Origin: Candidatus Tectimicrobiota bacterium | GTDB lineage: Bacteria > JACPUC01 | Direction of reading: 5' to 3' | Length of the DNA: 64,000 bases | Assembly: GCA_016192455.1 (NCBI GenBank) | Contig: JACPUC010000001.1 | Coordinates: 124,001 to 188,000 of the forward strand | Shown: one piece after another, positions 1-12,787 of the stretch | Layout: the number at the start of each line of letters is the position of its first letter | Numbering within the stretch: the first letter of the stretch is position 1 | Made by a program: the position numbers and the translations under genes | The notes under the pieces: generated by a model | Databases searched by the model: none | What the model was told of the DNA's origin: nothing | The model's input: only the letters and a program-made list of their open reading frames with translations

Positions 1-303
1 CAGGAGCGCGTCGAGCCCCTTCAGGGGGGAGGTGTCGAGCGGCACGCCGATGACCGGCAAAATCGTCTGCGCCGCCACACTGCCGGCCAAGTGCGCCGCC
101 GCACCCGCCCCGGCGATGATCACGGCGAAGCCGCTCTCCTCGGCCTTCCTGGCAAACGTCGCGGTCTCCTGCGGGGTGCGGTGGGCCGAGAGGACGAACG
201 TTTCATACGGCACGCCGCACTCCGCCAAGGCCTCCTCCGCGGCTGCCATGGTCTCCCGGTCCGACGGACTCCCCATGAGCACGGCCACCTTCTTCATCGT
301 CAT
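1..303 (-). CDS. purE: N5-carboxyaminoimidazole ribonucleotide mutase (runs off the window edge)
   Basis: Not in ORF track. Manual translation gives MTMKKVAVLMGSPSD...VLSAHRTP...IIAGAGAAAHLAG...PVIGVP, the PurE signature. Confidence 0.95.
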   Translation of the reverse strand, partial: MTMKKVAVLMGSPSDRETMAAAEEALAECGVPYETFVLSAHRTPQETATFARKAEESGFAVIIAGAGAAAHLAGSVAAQTILPVIGVPLDTSPLKGLDALL

Positions 304-319
304 CACGGTTCTCCGCTGC

Positions 320-1315
320 CTACGCGCCGAAGCTGAGGAGCAGGCCATACTTGGTTTCCTGCTCGGCGATGAGGTGCTCGGCGCGCCGCCGGTTCTCCTT
401 GTGCGCGCCGCTGATCGAGGCGACGATGTTCCCAGAGTACCAGCCGGCCTCAAAGAGGAGGAGGAGCACCGCCAGGGCATAGTTGGCGCCATGCAAGGCT
501 GCCAGCGCCGCCACGAGGAAGCCCGCGTTGACGATGAAGGCGAAGCTTGCATCGCGGTAGCGCCCCAGGTACCAGAACCCGGCCCCGGGCAGGAGGGCGC
601 CGAGCACGCCCGCGGCGCTCGCCGACCTCTTGGGCTGGCGGCGGAACTCCGCCAGGGCGCGCACCAGCTCAACCGCGGAGGCGCCGTAGACCTCATCGGC
701 GCGGGCCGCGAGCCAGGCGGCGGCAGCCCTGTCGAAGTGCTGCAGCTTCAACCAGCTCCAGCCGGTGAAGTAGTCGGCCTGGCGGCGCTGCGCCGGGGTT
801 CCCTCCTGGCGGAGAGCCCGGACGCGGCGCAGGGCGAGCCGATACGAGCCCGCCTGATACCGGCTCACCGCCGCCAGGAAGCCGGCGTTCCAGCGCTCCT
901 CGGGGGAGAGCCGCGGCTCCTGGCTGAGCTGCTCGAAGGCGTACGCCGCCTCCTGCCACTGCCTGCCGCGGTACAAGGCGCGGGCGATTTGCCGCCGGGC
1001 GCGCTGTCGCGCCGCATCGGCGTCGGGAGCAAGCCCGGCAAAGAAGAGGAAACGCCGATACTCCGTGATGGAACGGTAGTAGTCGCCCTCGGCGAAGAGG
1101 TGATCCGCAAAGGCGAGGGAAGCGGCGAGGTCGACGCCTACCGCCGGGGGGGCTGGAGCAAGCCCCTGGGACCAGGCGCTCGGCGCCTCGCCGAGCAAGG
1201 CCAGCGTCAGGAGGCAGCAGAGGACGCGGCGCCCGCGAGGTCGCTCTCCCAGGCCTGTCCCGCCGCCGCCCCGCGCGAGCGCCGGCAAAGGTTGGCAGCA
1301 CGTGGGGGTGCTCAC
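320..1315 (-). CDS. Tetratricopeptide-repeat protein with C-terminal membrane segment (TM2-like)
   Basis: Helical repeats (FADHLFAEGDYYRSITEYRRF) and a C-terminal SAxxAGVLGALLPGAGFWYLG hydrophobic motif. Confidence 0.75.
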   Translation of the reverse strand: MSTPTCCQPLPALARGGGGTGLGERPRGRRVLCCLLTLALLGEAPSAWSQGLAPAPPAVGVDLAASLAFADHLFAEGDYYRSITEYRRFLFFAGLAPDADAARQRARRQIARALYRGRQWQEAAYAFEQLSQEPRLSPEERWNAGFLAAVSRYQAGSYRLALRRVRALRQEGTPAQRRQADYFTGWSWLKLQHFDRAAAAWLAARADEVYGASAVELVRALAEFRRQPKRSASAAGVLGALLPGAGFWYLGRYRDASFAFIVNAGFLVAALAALHGANYALAVLLLLFEAGWYSGNIVASISGAHKENRRRAEHLIAEQETKYGLLLSFGA

Positions 1316-1322
1316 AGGCGGG

Positions 1323-1352
1323 ATTATAGGCGCGGCGGGCGGTGAGGGTCAA
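1323..1352 (-). promoter_or_regulatory. sigma70-type promoter for TPR gene and purE
   Basis: Minus strand reads TTGACC-N18-TATAAT. Confidence 0.6.
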
Positions 1353-1828
1353 CGCAGCCCGGCGGCTGGGCTGGCGGCGACGGCGGATGCGTCCCGCGCG
1401 GCGTCGATCGAGTTTTCGAGCGCCTGCTCCAGTGTTTCGTGCAGGATATACTTGACGAGGAGATCCTGCTCGGCTTGCTTGATGAGCCGGAACGCGCAGG
1501 CGAGATGCCAGCCTTCGCCGCCGCGGGCGGGGTCCTGCTTGAGGCGTATGACTTCGGCCACGGCGCAAACCAGGTGTTCACGGTCGGGGACTCTGATCCG
1601 CAGGAAGAGGTAGTCGCCCGGCTGGTGCCGCTTCGGAGAGACGAGGACCACGCCGTTGCCGCTGACGTTCAGGCAGCGCGACCAGGTCGGCTTGCCGAGG
1701 CTGACGTACTCCTCCCCACCCTCCGCGACGCTCGAGAGCACCAGCGGCAGGAGGAGGTCGGCGCGGAAGAACCGACGTTGTTCCGGACTATCGGCGAGAA
1801 GTGGGTGTGGCGCAGTCTCAGGAATCAC
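1349..1828 (-). CDS. PilZ domain c-di-GMP-binding protein
   Basis: RRFFR (RxxxR) and NVSGNG (D/NxSxxG) motifs; 4-bp overlap with the motB stop. Confidence 0.85.
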   Translation of the reverse strand: MIPETAPHPLLADSPEQRRFFRADLLLPLVLSSVAEGGEEYVSLGKPTWSRCLNVSGNGVVLVSPKRHQPGDYLFLRIRVPDREHLVCAVAEVIRLKQDPARGGEGWHLACAFRLIKQAEQDLLVKYILHETLEQALENSIDAARDASAVAASPAAGLR

Positions 1829-2679
1829 CGCTTCGTCTCCACATCGAGCACCGTCTCGAAATCTTCCTCCAGCGGCCGGGTGCGTTCGCGCAGCACAATG
1901 ATCTCCACGCGCCGGTTCTTGGCGCGGTATTCCGGGCGCAACGGATAGCGCGGCTTGTAGTGGGAGTAGCCAACCGCCGACAGGCGCTCCGGCAGCAGAC
2001 CTGTCACCTCAATGAAGTAGCGCACCACGCTGGCGGCGCGGCCGGTGGAGAGCTCCCAGTTGGTCGGATAATGAGCGGTGCTAATGGGGGCCTCATCGGT
2101 GTGCCCCTCCACCAGCACCTTGTAAGGCACCTGACGGATGAGCGCGCTCACCTTGTCGAGGAACGGCCTGGCCTGCGGCAGCACCTGGGCCTCCCCGGAG
2201 TTGAAGAAGGCATTTCCGGCGGCGTAGATGACCACACCCCGGTGGTCGAGCTTGATTTCGATCTGTGGCTCCAGCTTCTCTTTCGAGATGAGGTCCTCGA
2301 TGCGGCTGGCAAGTTTGCTCAAATCTTCGAGCTGGCTGCTGGGGTCCTCCACGAGCTTACGCACCGACTCCGCTGGCTCGACGCTCACCACTTGGTCGCC
2401 GCCGTTCGCGCTGTCGCTGATGAGGGAGTTCCCCGACATGTCGGCCACGAAGGAGCGCCCCCCCATCGATTGCGCCAGGGCCTTTCCCATGGCGGCGAAC
2501 TTTCCGGCGTCCACCGTGGAGATGCCGAACAACAGGATGAAAAAGACGAGCAGCACCGACATGAGGTCACCGTACGTGGTGACCCAGGCCATCTCATCCT
2601 CCGTGCTCGCCCCAGCGGCGGCCATGAGGTTGTCTGAGGATGACCTCGCAGGCAGCTTCTCAACCATCGCCGGCGCCAC
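1825..2679 (-). CDS. motB: Flagellar stator B subunit (MotB/PomB/MotS), OmpA-like C-terminal domain
   Basis: WVTTYGDLMSVLLVFFILL transmembrane motif; VEGHTD, NWELSTGRA and NRRVEI motifs. Confidence 0.92.
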   Translation of the reverse strand: MAPAMVEKLPARSSSDNLMAAAGASTEDEMAWVTTYGDLMSVLLVFFILLFGISTVDAGKFAAMGKALAQSMGGRSFVADMSGNSLISDSANGGDQVVSVEPAESVRKLVEDPSSQLEDLSKLASRIEDLISKEKLEPQIEIKLDHRGVVIYAAGNAFFNSGEAQVLPQARPFLDKVSALIRQVPYKVLVEGHTDEAPISTAHYPTNWELSTGRAASVVRYFIEVTGLLPERLSAVGYSHYKPRYPLRPEYRAKNRRVEIIVLRERTRPLEEDFETVLDVETKR

Positions 2680-2682
2680 TCC

Positions 2683-3477
2683 TTACCAGTCATCCTGCTC
2701 GCGGGTCTGATACTTTTGGACGTGGGAAGCGCGGACCTCGGGCGGCAGGAAGGCGTTGAGCTTGGTTTCGACGAGGCGCGGGTTGATGCCCGCTTGCAAC
2801 ATCAGCACCCCTTCGGTGATGATGCTGATTTGCAGCAGCTCTTCGTTCGTGCGCGAGCGCAGTTTCTCGGCCAGGGGGAAGAGCACGAGGTTGGTCAGCA
2901 AGGCTCCGTAGAAGGTGGTGACGAGAGCGACCGCCATGGCCGGCCCCATCTTCTCCACCCCGGCGGTGCCGAGATTGCGCAGCATGGCGATGAGGCCGAT
3001 GAGCGTGCCGATCAGTCCGAAGGCCGGCGCATACTTGCCGGCGGTGCGGAAAATCTGCTCGCCGGAGAGGTGGCGCGCCTGCAGGAACTGCTGCTCCGTG
3101 GACAACATCTCACGGATGAGATCCGGCGGATGCCCATCCACCACCAACTGCAGACCGAGGCGCAGAAACCGATTCGACGTCTTCGCGGCCTCCTCGTCGA
3201 GTGCCAGGAGCGATTGCTGACGCGCTTTCACGGCCAGGCGCACGACCGTTCCAATGACGCTGGAGGGGTTCTTGAAATCGCGCCGGAACGCGTTCGTGAG
3301 CACCCCCAGAACCCGCAAAACGCGCGGCAGCGGGAAGCTGATGAAGGTGGCGGTGACCGTGCCGCCAATGGTGATCATGAAGGAACTCAGGTCCAGGAAG
3401 ACACTGATTCCACCCTGCCCGATGATGGCGATAAAGAAGAGCGCGCAGCCGCTCAGAATGGCTAGTAAGGTTGACAC
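2683..3477 (-). CDS. motA: Flagellar stator A subunit (MotA/PomA/MotP)
   Basis: GLQLVVDG, APAFGLIGTLIGL, ALVTTFYG and GINPR motifs. Confidence 0.92.
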   Translation of the reverse strand: MSTLLAILSGCALFFIAIIGQGGISVFLDLSSFMITIGGTVTATFISFPLPRVLRVLGVLTNAFRRDFKNPSSVIGTVVRLAVKARQQSLLALDEEAAKTSNRFLRLGLQLVVDGHPPDLIREMLSTEQQFLQARHLSGEQIFRTAGKYAPAFGLIGTLIGLIAMLRNLGTAGVEKMGPAMAVALVTTFYGALLTNLVLFPLAEKLRSRTNEELLQISIITEGVLMLQAGINPRLVETKLNAFLPPEVRASHVQKYQTREQDDW

Positions 3478-3615
3478 CCGGACAACCTCATCGCGACGCC
3501 GCGATGCCGCGCGCGGCGCCGCATCGGCGCCGCGTTCTCAGCTTGCGGTGCGGTCCCGATCATGGCGGAAGTGCCTCCGCATAAGGCAGGCGGGGGCGTT
3601 CCCTCGTCCTCGATC

Positions 3616-4728
3616 TTAGCTGTCGAGGACGATCCCCTCGCTGCTGTACGAGAAGGTGACGTCGAAGTACTCTTGCTCGCTTCGCCAGGTCGCGTCCTTG
3701 ATCCGCAGCTCCACGCCGGGGTAGAGGCTTCCCTGGACGCGCACCTCCGCCCGCGGCTCCAGGCGCACCGCGCGCTTCGCCTCCTCGAGGCATGCCGCCG
3801 CGGTCTCGATCTCGTGCTCCATCCCCCAGGTGGTGAGGAGGTGGAGGGCTTCCCGGTGCAGGAGGGAGCGTTGATTACGCGGGCACTCCGGCAAGGCAAG
3901 CTGCCGCAGGCGATAGACGATCCTCGCCTCGATGCTGCGCACGTGGTCCGGAAAGGTCATGCCATGCGCGGCGGCCAGGTACCTGGCATTCTCGTCCTCC
4001 AGGGCCTGCTGCTGACGGAGATCATGGAGCTGCTCCTGCAGGCGATCACAGCGCATCTGGGCGATCGGGTCCAGCCCCACCTGCACCTGCGTCGGCACGC
4101 GGTGGCTTGAGCCGAGGTCGTAGAAGGTTGCGCCGCCGCCGGCCCGCACCGAGCCGCCCATCGTGGCGCCCGGCCCCTGGCAGATGAACCGACCACCACA
4201 GACGACCTGGCAGTAGGCCAGCGCCCCCGCCACGACCACGTCGCCGGGCGTCGTGATGGTGGTGTGCTGGGCAAACTTGAGGCTGACGGTATCTCGCGCC
4301 ACGATGCGGCTGGCGCCGTTCCCTTGCATGCCTCCCAGCACCGTCACCCGCCGGTGGGCCGTCAACTCCGCCGCCTCGACCGACCCTTCAACGTAGAGGC
4401 TCATGCCGGAGTGCACCGAGCATCCCTGCTGCACGTCCCCCCGGATGAGGATCGATCCCGCGCTCTCGACATTCCCAGAGACGTGGTTCACATTGCCGTC
4501 GATCACCAGGATCGGCAGCACGTTGACCACCCCCTCCGCCTCGCTGACGATTTCGCCGCTGGTCTGCGCCACGAGGTGCCGGCCGTCTGGATGGAGGCTG
4601 ACGTTCTGCCCCGGCTTCTCGCCGGCGAGAACGCTCCCCACGATCTCCCCCTCCGCTACGACCTGCGGCAGGGAGTGTCGTGGCAGGAGGCCGGTGGGAG
4701 GCGTGAGCTGCGTGGTAGCGGAGGTCAC
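3616..4728 (-). CDS. FapA/DUF342 family flagellar assembly protein (beta-solenoid part)
   Basis: IDGNVNHVSGNVESAGSILIRGDV repeats and C-terminal GSLYPGVEL; lies upstream of motA. Confidence 0.8.
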   Translation of the reverse strand: MTSATTQLTPPTGLLPRHSLPQVVAEGEIVGSVLAGEKPGQNVSLHPDGRHLVAQTSGEIVSEAEGVVNVLPILVIDGNVNHVSGNVESAGSILIRGDVQQGCSVHSGMSLYVEGSVEAAELTAHRRVTVLGGMQGNGASRIVARDTVSLKFAQHTTITTPGDVVVAGALAYCQVVCGGRFICQGPGATMGGSVRAGGGATFYDLGSSHRVPTQVQVGLDPIAQMRCDRLQEQLHDLRQQQALEDENARYLAAAHGMTFPDHVRSIEARIVYRLRQLALPECPRNQRSLLHREALHLLTTWGMEHEIETAAACLEEAKRAVRLEPRAEVRVQGSLYPGVELRIKDATWRSEQEYFDVTFSYSSEGIVLDS

Positions 4729-4848
4729 GGCAGATGCCCTGCTGAAGCTGCTCTGGCTGCCGCCGAAATGAGTGGCGGAGGAAGCGAAACGCTCTCGTCA
4801 TCTCTCTTCGGACGCGGATGCCGAAGACTTGAGCCGGAATCTTCAGGA

Positions 4849-5376
4849 ATGCGCAAGGAGCACGTGGCTGCGGGGGCGCCGCGCGATACCCCGCCGGGGT
4901 TCCCTCGCGGGGTCGGGGGGAAGGGCGAAGGGGAGCCACCGGCCGGGGGGACGCGCCGACGCTCGGCTGAACGCGGCCTCTACCAGCTTCTCATCGAGCT
5001 GCCGCGCCCGCGCCGCCTGCGGATCGGGGCGCTGGGCCGGTGCAGCCTGCCGGCGGGGTACTACGTTTACACCGGCCCGGCCCAGGGCGGCCTTGCCGGG
5101 CGCGTGGGGCGGCACCTGCGAGGAGGCGGGAAACGCCACTGGCACATTGATTACCTCCTGGCGGCGGCCACCGTGCGCTGCGCCATCACCCTGCCGGGCG
5201 GCCGCGTCGGCGAGTGCGCTTGGCACGCCAGGGCCCGCACCTTGATGGCGGACGTGGCGGGCGCGCGCGAGCCGGTGCGGGGCTTCGGCGCCTCCGATTG
5301 CCGCTGCACCAGCCACCTCCTCTACGCGCCGCGCTGGCCGTTGGGCGCCCTGCTGACCCTGTTGCCCGGCGGCTAA
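4849..5376 (+). CDS. GIY-YIG (Uri) superfamily nuclease, DUF123-like; start uncertain
   Basis: GLYQL...GYYVYTG...RHWHIDYLL...ECA...GFGASDCRCTSHL. Confidence 0.85.
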   Translation: MRKEHVAAGAPRDTPPGFPRGVGGKGEGEPPAGGTRRRSAERGLYQLLIELPRPRRLRIGALGRCSLPAGYYVYTGPAQGGLAGRVGRHLRGGGKRHWHIDYLLAAATVRCAITLPGGRVGECAWHARARTLMADVAGAREPVRGFGASDCRCTSHLLYAPRWPLGALLTLLPGG

Positions 5377-5474
5377 CCGGAGAAGCAAGCCCACCCGCCT
5401 GCGTCAGCGCCGGCGAAGTTGCTGGAAGCTCGGCGGCGGCGCGCGGGGAGCCTGAGGTGAGGCGTGCCCAGGGG

Positions 5475-6443
5475 TCAGCAATACTTCGCCTCGGTGCGCT
5501 CGGCGACCAGGCGCAACGCCTCCTCGAGGCGCGGGATGCCCTCCCTGGCGCCGAGGGCCGTGCAGCTCAGCGCCGCGCAGGCGTTGGCGAAGTCGAGACG
5601 GAAGCCCAGCCCGCGCTCGGGCATGACGAGGGTTGCGTAGAGGAACCCGGCGTGGAAGACGTCGCCGGCGCCGGTCGTATCGACGGCGGTCACCGCGAAG
5701 CCGGGGCTGGAGAAGAAGCGCTCGCCATCGAAGAGGAGCGCCCCATCCGGCCCCAGCGTGCAGCCGGCCAGGCCGCCGCGGGGCAGGGAGGCATGCAGGC
5801 GGCGCAGGGCGGCCCGCCGCTCCCGCAGGCCGGTGAAGCGCTGGGGAAAATCGGCGCAGCCGATGACGACGTCGCAGAGGCTGACGAGCTCGGCTACGCG
5901 CGGCGTTCCGGCCACCTCCTCGGCATCGAGCATGACGATCGCGCCGCCGCGGCGGGCGGTGCGGGCCGCCTCGATGGCGGCATCGACCTCATAGCCGTCG
6001 AGGATGAGGGCCTGCGCCGATTCGGTGAGCTGTGGCTGCAACTCTTGCGGCCGCAGGATGACCTCAGGGGCCCGTTGCCACAGAATGGTGCGCTCGCCGC
6101 TGCCGGCGTGCACCAGGATGATGGCGCTCTGCGAGGGCGCACCCGCCACGGTGATCGCCCCTGCCAGCTCGACCCCCGCCGCCGCCAGCTCGGCCCGCCC
6201 GAATTCACCCTCCGCATCGTCGCCGAACTTGCCGCTGTAGACGGTGCGCAGTCCCCAGCGCGACAACGCCGTCAAGGCGGTTCCCACCTGCCCACCGGGG
6301 CGCCGGCTGATGGCGCTCACCTGCAGCTTCTCGCCCACGACGGGGAGGCGCTCGACGCGGCAAAGGTAGTCCACCGCGCAGAGCCCCACGCCGTGCGCGT
6401 GGTAGCGTTTCCCGCCGGCTAACGTCGGCGCCGCGGGCGGCAT
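5475..6443 (-). CDS. PfkB/ribokinase family carbohydrate kinase; start uncertain
   Basis: PGGQVG motif and the DTTGAGDVFHAG PfkB signature. Confidence 0.9.
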   Translation of the reverse strand: MPPAAPTLAGGKRYHAHGVGLCAVDYLCRVERLPVVGEKLQVSAISRRPGGQVGTALTALSRWGLRTVYSGKFGDDAEGEFGRAELAAAGVELAGAITVAGAPSQSAIILVHAGSGERTILWQRAPEVILRPQELQPQLTESAQALILDGYEVDAAIEAARTARRGGAIVMLDAEEVAGTPRVAELVSLCDVVIGCADFPQRFTGLRERRAALRRLHASLPRGGLAGCTLGPDGALLFDGERFFSSPGFAVTAVDTTGAGDVFHAGFLYATLVMPERGLGFRLDFANACAALSCTALGAREGIPRLEEALRLVAERTEAKYC

Positions 6444-6564
6444 CTCAGCCGCCCTGGGACTCTCCTCAGGGGAACGCCGGGAACCCATTCCCACTCCTTG
6501 ACTTAGCATGGGCTCGTGCGCACATTGTGAACATCAGCCCTCAGGTTCCCAAGGAGCGCAGCGC

Positions 6565-9063
6565 ATGCAGCGGTTTCTTCGCCATTGTACGGAAAAGGTT
6601 CTCGATGCCGTCAACATCGGTTCCGTCGAGCTGGTGAACTTGGGTCAGAATGAGTACTCGACCGAGTTCGTTCTCCTTGGCCTGCTCGAACAGGACGACT
6701 CCATCGTCTTGCGGTTGCTGGCGGAGGCCGACCCCGACGCCGATCGCCTGAAGGAGCAGATCCTCGACCGCATCTACGCCGCGCAGGAGAGCAAGCCGAA
6801 GCTGCACAAGCCGACCCCGACGCAGATCATGCTCACGAAAGAGATGGACGATCTCTTCCGCCGCGCCAAGGAGGAGGCCGACGCCCTGGGGGATCGCTTC
6901 ATCGGCGCGGAGGCGCTCTTCCTGGCCATGTTCACTCCCGAGTCCGGCGTCGTGCAGGAGATCCTGGACGGCGTGGGGCTGCGCTACGAGCGCATCAAGG
7001 AGGCGGTGCGCCGCCTGCGCCAGGGACGGCATATCGAGGACAAGAAGTCCGAAGAGAAATTCAGCATCCTCGATCAGTACACCATCGACCTCACGGAGAA
7101 GGCGCGCAAGGGGGAGCTTGACCCGGTGATCGGGCGCGAGCGGGAGATCAAGCGGGTAATCCAGATTTTGTCGCGCCGCAAGAAGAACAACCCCGTGCTC
7201 ATCGGCGAGCCCGGCGTGGGCAAGTCGGTGATCGTGGAAGGCCTGGCGCAGCAGATCGCCGCCGCCGAGGTTCCCGAGAGCCTGGTGAACAAGACGCTCT
7301 TGCAGCTTTCCATGGCCGACGTGGTGGCCGGCTCGAAGTTCCGCGGCGAGTTCGAGGAGCGCCTGAAGCTCATCAAGCAGGAGATCATCAACGCCTCCGG
7401 TCAGATCATCCTGTTCATTGATGAGCTGCACACCGTGGCGGGCGCCGGCGCCGTGGAGGGGGGCCTCGACGCCTCGAACATGCTGAAACCGGCGCTGGCC
7501 TCGGGGCAGCTCCAGTGCATCGGCGCCACCACCCTCGACGACTACCGCAAGCACATCGAGAAGGACAAGGCCCTCGAGCGGCGCTTCCAGACCGTCATGG
7601 TCGGAGAACCCACCACCGCGGACACCTACCAGATCCTCCAGGGCCTCCGGCCTCACTACGAGGCGCACCACGAGATCACCTACAGCGACGTGGCGCTGCG
7701 GGCGGCCGCCAGCCTTTCGGAGCGCTACATCACCGACCGCTTTCTGCCCGATAAAGCCATTGACCTCATCGACGAGGCCGGGGCGCGCAAGCACCTCGAT
7801 CTCATCTACCTGCCGCCGGAGCTGCGCCAGCTTAAGAAGCAGAAGGAGTCCCTCCTGCAGAAGCAGAGCCAGGCGTACCGGGATGAGGATTACGAAGCGG
7901 CGGCGCGCTTCCGCCAGCAAGTCCTGCAGGTTGACAAGGAGCTGAAAGAGAAGACGCAGGAGTGGCGCAGGGCCTTCACCACCACCGACACCGAGGTGAC
8001 CGAGGAAGAGATCGCCCAGGTGGTGGCGAGCTGGACGAACATCCCGGTGATGCGCATGCTGGAGAGCGAGGCCGAGAAGCTGAAGAAGATGGAAGAGAAC
8101 CTGCACCGGCGGATCATCGGCCAGGATCAGGCCATCGGCGCCATCAGCGATGCGATCCGCCGCAACCGCGCCGGCCTGAAGCCGAAGAACCGCCCCATCG
8201 GCAGCTTCCTCTTCCTCGGTCCCACCGGCGTGGGCAAGACCGAGGTGGCCAAGGCCCTGGCGGAGTTCCTCTTCGACGACGAGGAGCGCCTAGTGCGCGT
8301 CGACATGTCGGAGTACATGGAGCGGCACACGGTGTCGCGGCTTATCGGCTCGCCTCCGGGCTACGTCGGCTACGGCGAGGGGGGCCAGCTCACGGAGAAG
8401 GTGCGGCGCAACCCCTACTCCATCGTCCTCTTCGATGAGATCGAGAAGGCGCACCCGGACGTCTTCAACATGCTGCTGCAGATCCTTGACGACGGCCGCC
8501 TGACGGACGGCCAGGGGCGCACGGTGAGCTTCAAGAACACCGTCATCATCGGCACCTCGAACCTGGGCAGCAGCGTCATCGTGCGCGATACGGTGGAGAT
8601 CGGCTTCGGCCGCGCGCCGTCAGCCGCCGCCGCCTACGCCGAGATCAGGAAGCGGGTCCTCCAGGAGGTGCGCAAGAACTTCAAGCCGGAGTTCCTGAAC
8701 CGCATCGACGACCTCATCGTCTTCCACCGCCTCGACGAGGGGCACATCCGCTCCATCGTGGACCTCATGTTCCGCCAGCTCAACGAACGCCTGCGGGAGC
8801 ACCAGCTCAGCCTCGCGGTGACCAGCGCCGTGAAGGACCTCCTGGTGCGCGAGGGGTTCGACCCCGCCTACGGCGCGCGCCCCATGCGGCGCACCATCGA
8901 GAGCCTGATCGAAAACCCGCTCGCCATGCGCATCATCAGCGGCGACTTCCCGGAGGGCGCCGTGATCACCGCCGACCTGCGCGACGGGGAGGTGGTCTTC
9001 CACGCCGAAGCCGCGGCAGCGGTTGCGACCGGCGCGCCCGACGCCGCCGGCGAGGGGGGGTAA
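6565..9063 (+). CDS. clpC: ATP-dependent Clp protease ATP-binding subunit (ClpC-type)
   Basis: Clp N-domain, two AAA+ modules ([16 protein letters not shown]), short UVR-like middle domain, IGF loop, AAGGAG RBS. Confidence 0.9.
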   Translation: MQRFLRHCTEKVLDAVNIGSVELVNLGQNEYSTEFVLLGLLEQDDSIVLRLLAEADPDADRLKEQILDRIYAAQESKPKLHKPTPTQIMLTKEMDDLFRRAKEEADALGDRFIGAEALFLAMFTPESGVVQEILDGVGLRYERIKEAVRRLRQGRHIEDKKSEEKFSILDQYTIDLTEKARKGELDPVIGREREIKRVIQILSRRKKNNPVLIGEPGVGKSVIVEGLAQQIAAAEVPESLVNKTLLQLSMADVVAGSKFRGEFEERLKLIKQEIINASGQIILFIDELHTVAGAGAVEGGLDASNMLKPALASGQLQCIGATTLDDYRKHIEKDKALERRFQTVMVGEPTTADTYQILQGLRPHYEAHHEITYSDVALRAAASLSERYITDRFLPDKAIDLIDEAGARKHLDLIYLPPELRQLKKQKESLLQKQSQAYRDEDYEAAARFRQQVLQVDKELKEKTQEWRRAFTTTDTEVTEEEIAQVVASWTNIPVMRMLESEAEKLKKMEENLHRRIIGQDQAIGAISDAIRRNRAGLKPKNRPIGSFLFLGPTGVGKTEVAKALAEFLFDDEERLVRVDMSEYMERHTVSRLIGSPPGYVGYGEGGQLTEKVRRNPYSIVLFDEIEKAHPDVFNMLLQILDDGRLTDGQGRTVSFKNTVIIGTSNLGSSVIVRDTVEIGFGRAPSAAAAYAEIRKRVLQEVRKNFKPEFLNRIDDLIVFHRLDEGHIRSIVDLMFRQLNERLREHQLSLAVTSAVKDLLVREGFDPAYGARPMRRTIESLIENPLAMRIISGDFPEGAVITADLRDGEVVFHAEAAAAVATGAPDAAGEGG

Positions 9064-9082
9064 GCGGGTTCCCCGCGGGCTC

Positions 9083-9154
9083 ACACCCCCATCCCCCGCG
9101 AGCTGCGCAGCAGCTCGCGTAAACGGGGTGCGCGAGGGGGCAATGCTCCCTCGC
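9083..9154 (-). repeat. Dispersed double-hairpin REP-like element, family A copy 1
   Basis: Reverse complement matches 54994-55053 and 62042-62115 (CCCCTCGCGCACCCC...CGCGAGCTGC-N-GCGCAGCTCGCG). Confidence 0.85.
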
Positions 9155-9198
9155 CTCAAACCGATGAGCCGACTACGTGCCCGAGGGCGACAGGTAGG

Positions 9199-11430
<2,232 letters not shown>

Positions 11431-11675
11431 TCAGGGTGCGATGGCGCAGCGAAACTCTAGCAGAGCCGCCGAGAACGCCGCAAGCGCCTGACCTTCGCCG
11501 CCGGCAGGAAGGACCCCTGCGCCAGGTGTTCCTCTCTCCCCTTGCGGCCCCATCGGCAATAGCTTATTCGTAGAAGCGGGACAGGGAGCGGCGTGCCGCC
11601 TCGCTGCCCGATCGTCGGGGAGGGGCAGAGGGGCGCGTTCCGTCGCTCGCTTGCCGCGGGGACGCCGCAGGCGCC

Positions 11676-12722
11676 ATGAAACTCCAAGAGCTCTCCCAGA
11701 AGGCGATGATGCGCGAGGCCATGCTCTACGAGCCGCTGGCGTCGGGCAAGGTGCGCTGCGAGCTCTGCCGCCATTACTGTGTCATCGCCGACGGCCGCGA
11801 CGGCATCTGCCGGGTGCGCGCGAACGTCGGCGGCACGCTCTACACCCTCGTCTATGGCCGCGCCATCGCCGCCAACGTCGATCCCATCGAGAAGAAGCCG
11901 CTCTTCCACTTCCACCCCGGCAGCCGCAGCTACTCCATCGCCACGGCCGGCTGCAACTTCCAGTGCGCCTTCTGCCAGAACTGGGACATCTCCCAGATGC
12001 CGAAAGGGGGGCGTCGCCTCGCCGGGCGCTGGTTCCCGCCCGAGGCGGTGGTGGCGGCGGCGCTGGCAACGGGCTGCGCCTCCATCGCCTACACCTACAC
12101 CGAGCCGACGATCTTCTTCGAGTACGCTTACGACACCGCGCAGCTCGCGCATGAGGCCGGGCTGAAGAACGTCTTCGTCAGCAACGGCTACATGACCGAG
12201 AAGGCGCTGCGGCGCATCGCGCCCTACCTCGACGCCATCAACGTCGATGTGAAGGGCTTCAGCGAGGCCCGCTATAAGCGCGTCATGAAAGCGCGCCTGC
12301 AGCCGGTGCTGGAGTCCCTGCACGTCATCAAGGCGCTGGGCATCTGGCTGGAGGTGACGACCCTGGTCATCCCCACCATCAGCGATGACGAGGCGGGGCT
12401 GCGCGGCATCGCGGCGGCGATTGTCGATCTCGACGCCGGGACGCCATGGCACGTCACGCAGTTCCATCCCGACTACCGGCTCACCGAGCTGCCGCGCACC
12501 CCCCTGGAGACGCTGCAACGCGCGCGTCACCTCGGCCTCGACGCGGGACTCCGTTACGTCTACTGTGGGAACGTGCCCGGGGAGGAAGGCGAGAACACCT
12601 TCTGCTGGGGCTGCGGCGCGCTGCTCATCGAGCGCTGGGGGTACCGGACGAAGGTGATCGGCCTGCGGGAAGGCGCCTGCGGCCGCTGCGGCAGCAAGAT
12701 TGACGGCGCGGGGCTGCCGTAG
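11676..12722 (+). CDS. amrS: AmmeMemoRadiSam system radical SAM enzyme
   Basis: N-terminal CELCRHYC...CRVR, DPIEKKPLFHF, GCNFQCAFCQNWDISQ, and C-terminal CxxC pairs. Confidence 0.9.
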   Translation: MKLQELSQKAMMREAMLYEPLASGKVRCELCRHYCVIADGRDGICRVRANVGGTLYTLVYGRAIAANVDPIEKKPLFHFHPGSRSYSIATAGCNFQCAFCQNWDISQMPKGGRRLAGRWFPPEAVVAAALATGCASIAYTYTEPTIFFEYAYDTAQLAHEAGLKNVFVSNGYMTEKALRRIAPYLDAINVDVKGFSEARYKRVMKARLQPVLESLHVIKALGIWLEVTTLVIPTISDDEAGLRGIAAAIVDLDAGTPWHVTQFHPDYRLTELPRTPLETLQRARHLGLDAGLRYVYCGNVPGEEGENTFCWGCGALLIERWGYRTKVIGLREGACGRCGSKIDGAGLP

Positions 12723-12787
12723 GGACACGGCAGGAGCGGGGGGAGCGGCTCGGCTTGGCGGTTCCTCAAGAAAAGGAGAGCCCGCAT

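Noticed and set aside
1825-3477. motA/motB as Zorya zorAB defence genes
   Set aside because: The A subunit is 264 aa with no long ZorA tail, the neighbours are fapA and pilZ rather than zorC/D/E, and GC is host-like.
4849-5376. GIY-YIG gene as a homing endonuclease or mobile element
   Set aside because: It matches the stand-alone DUF123-type family, has host-like GC, and lies in no intron or element boundary.
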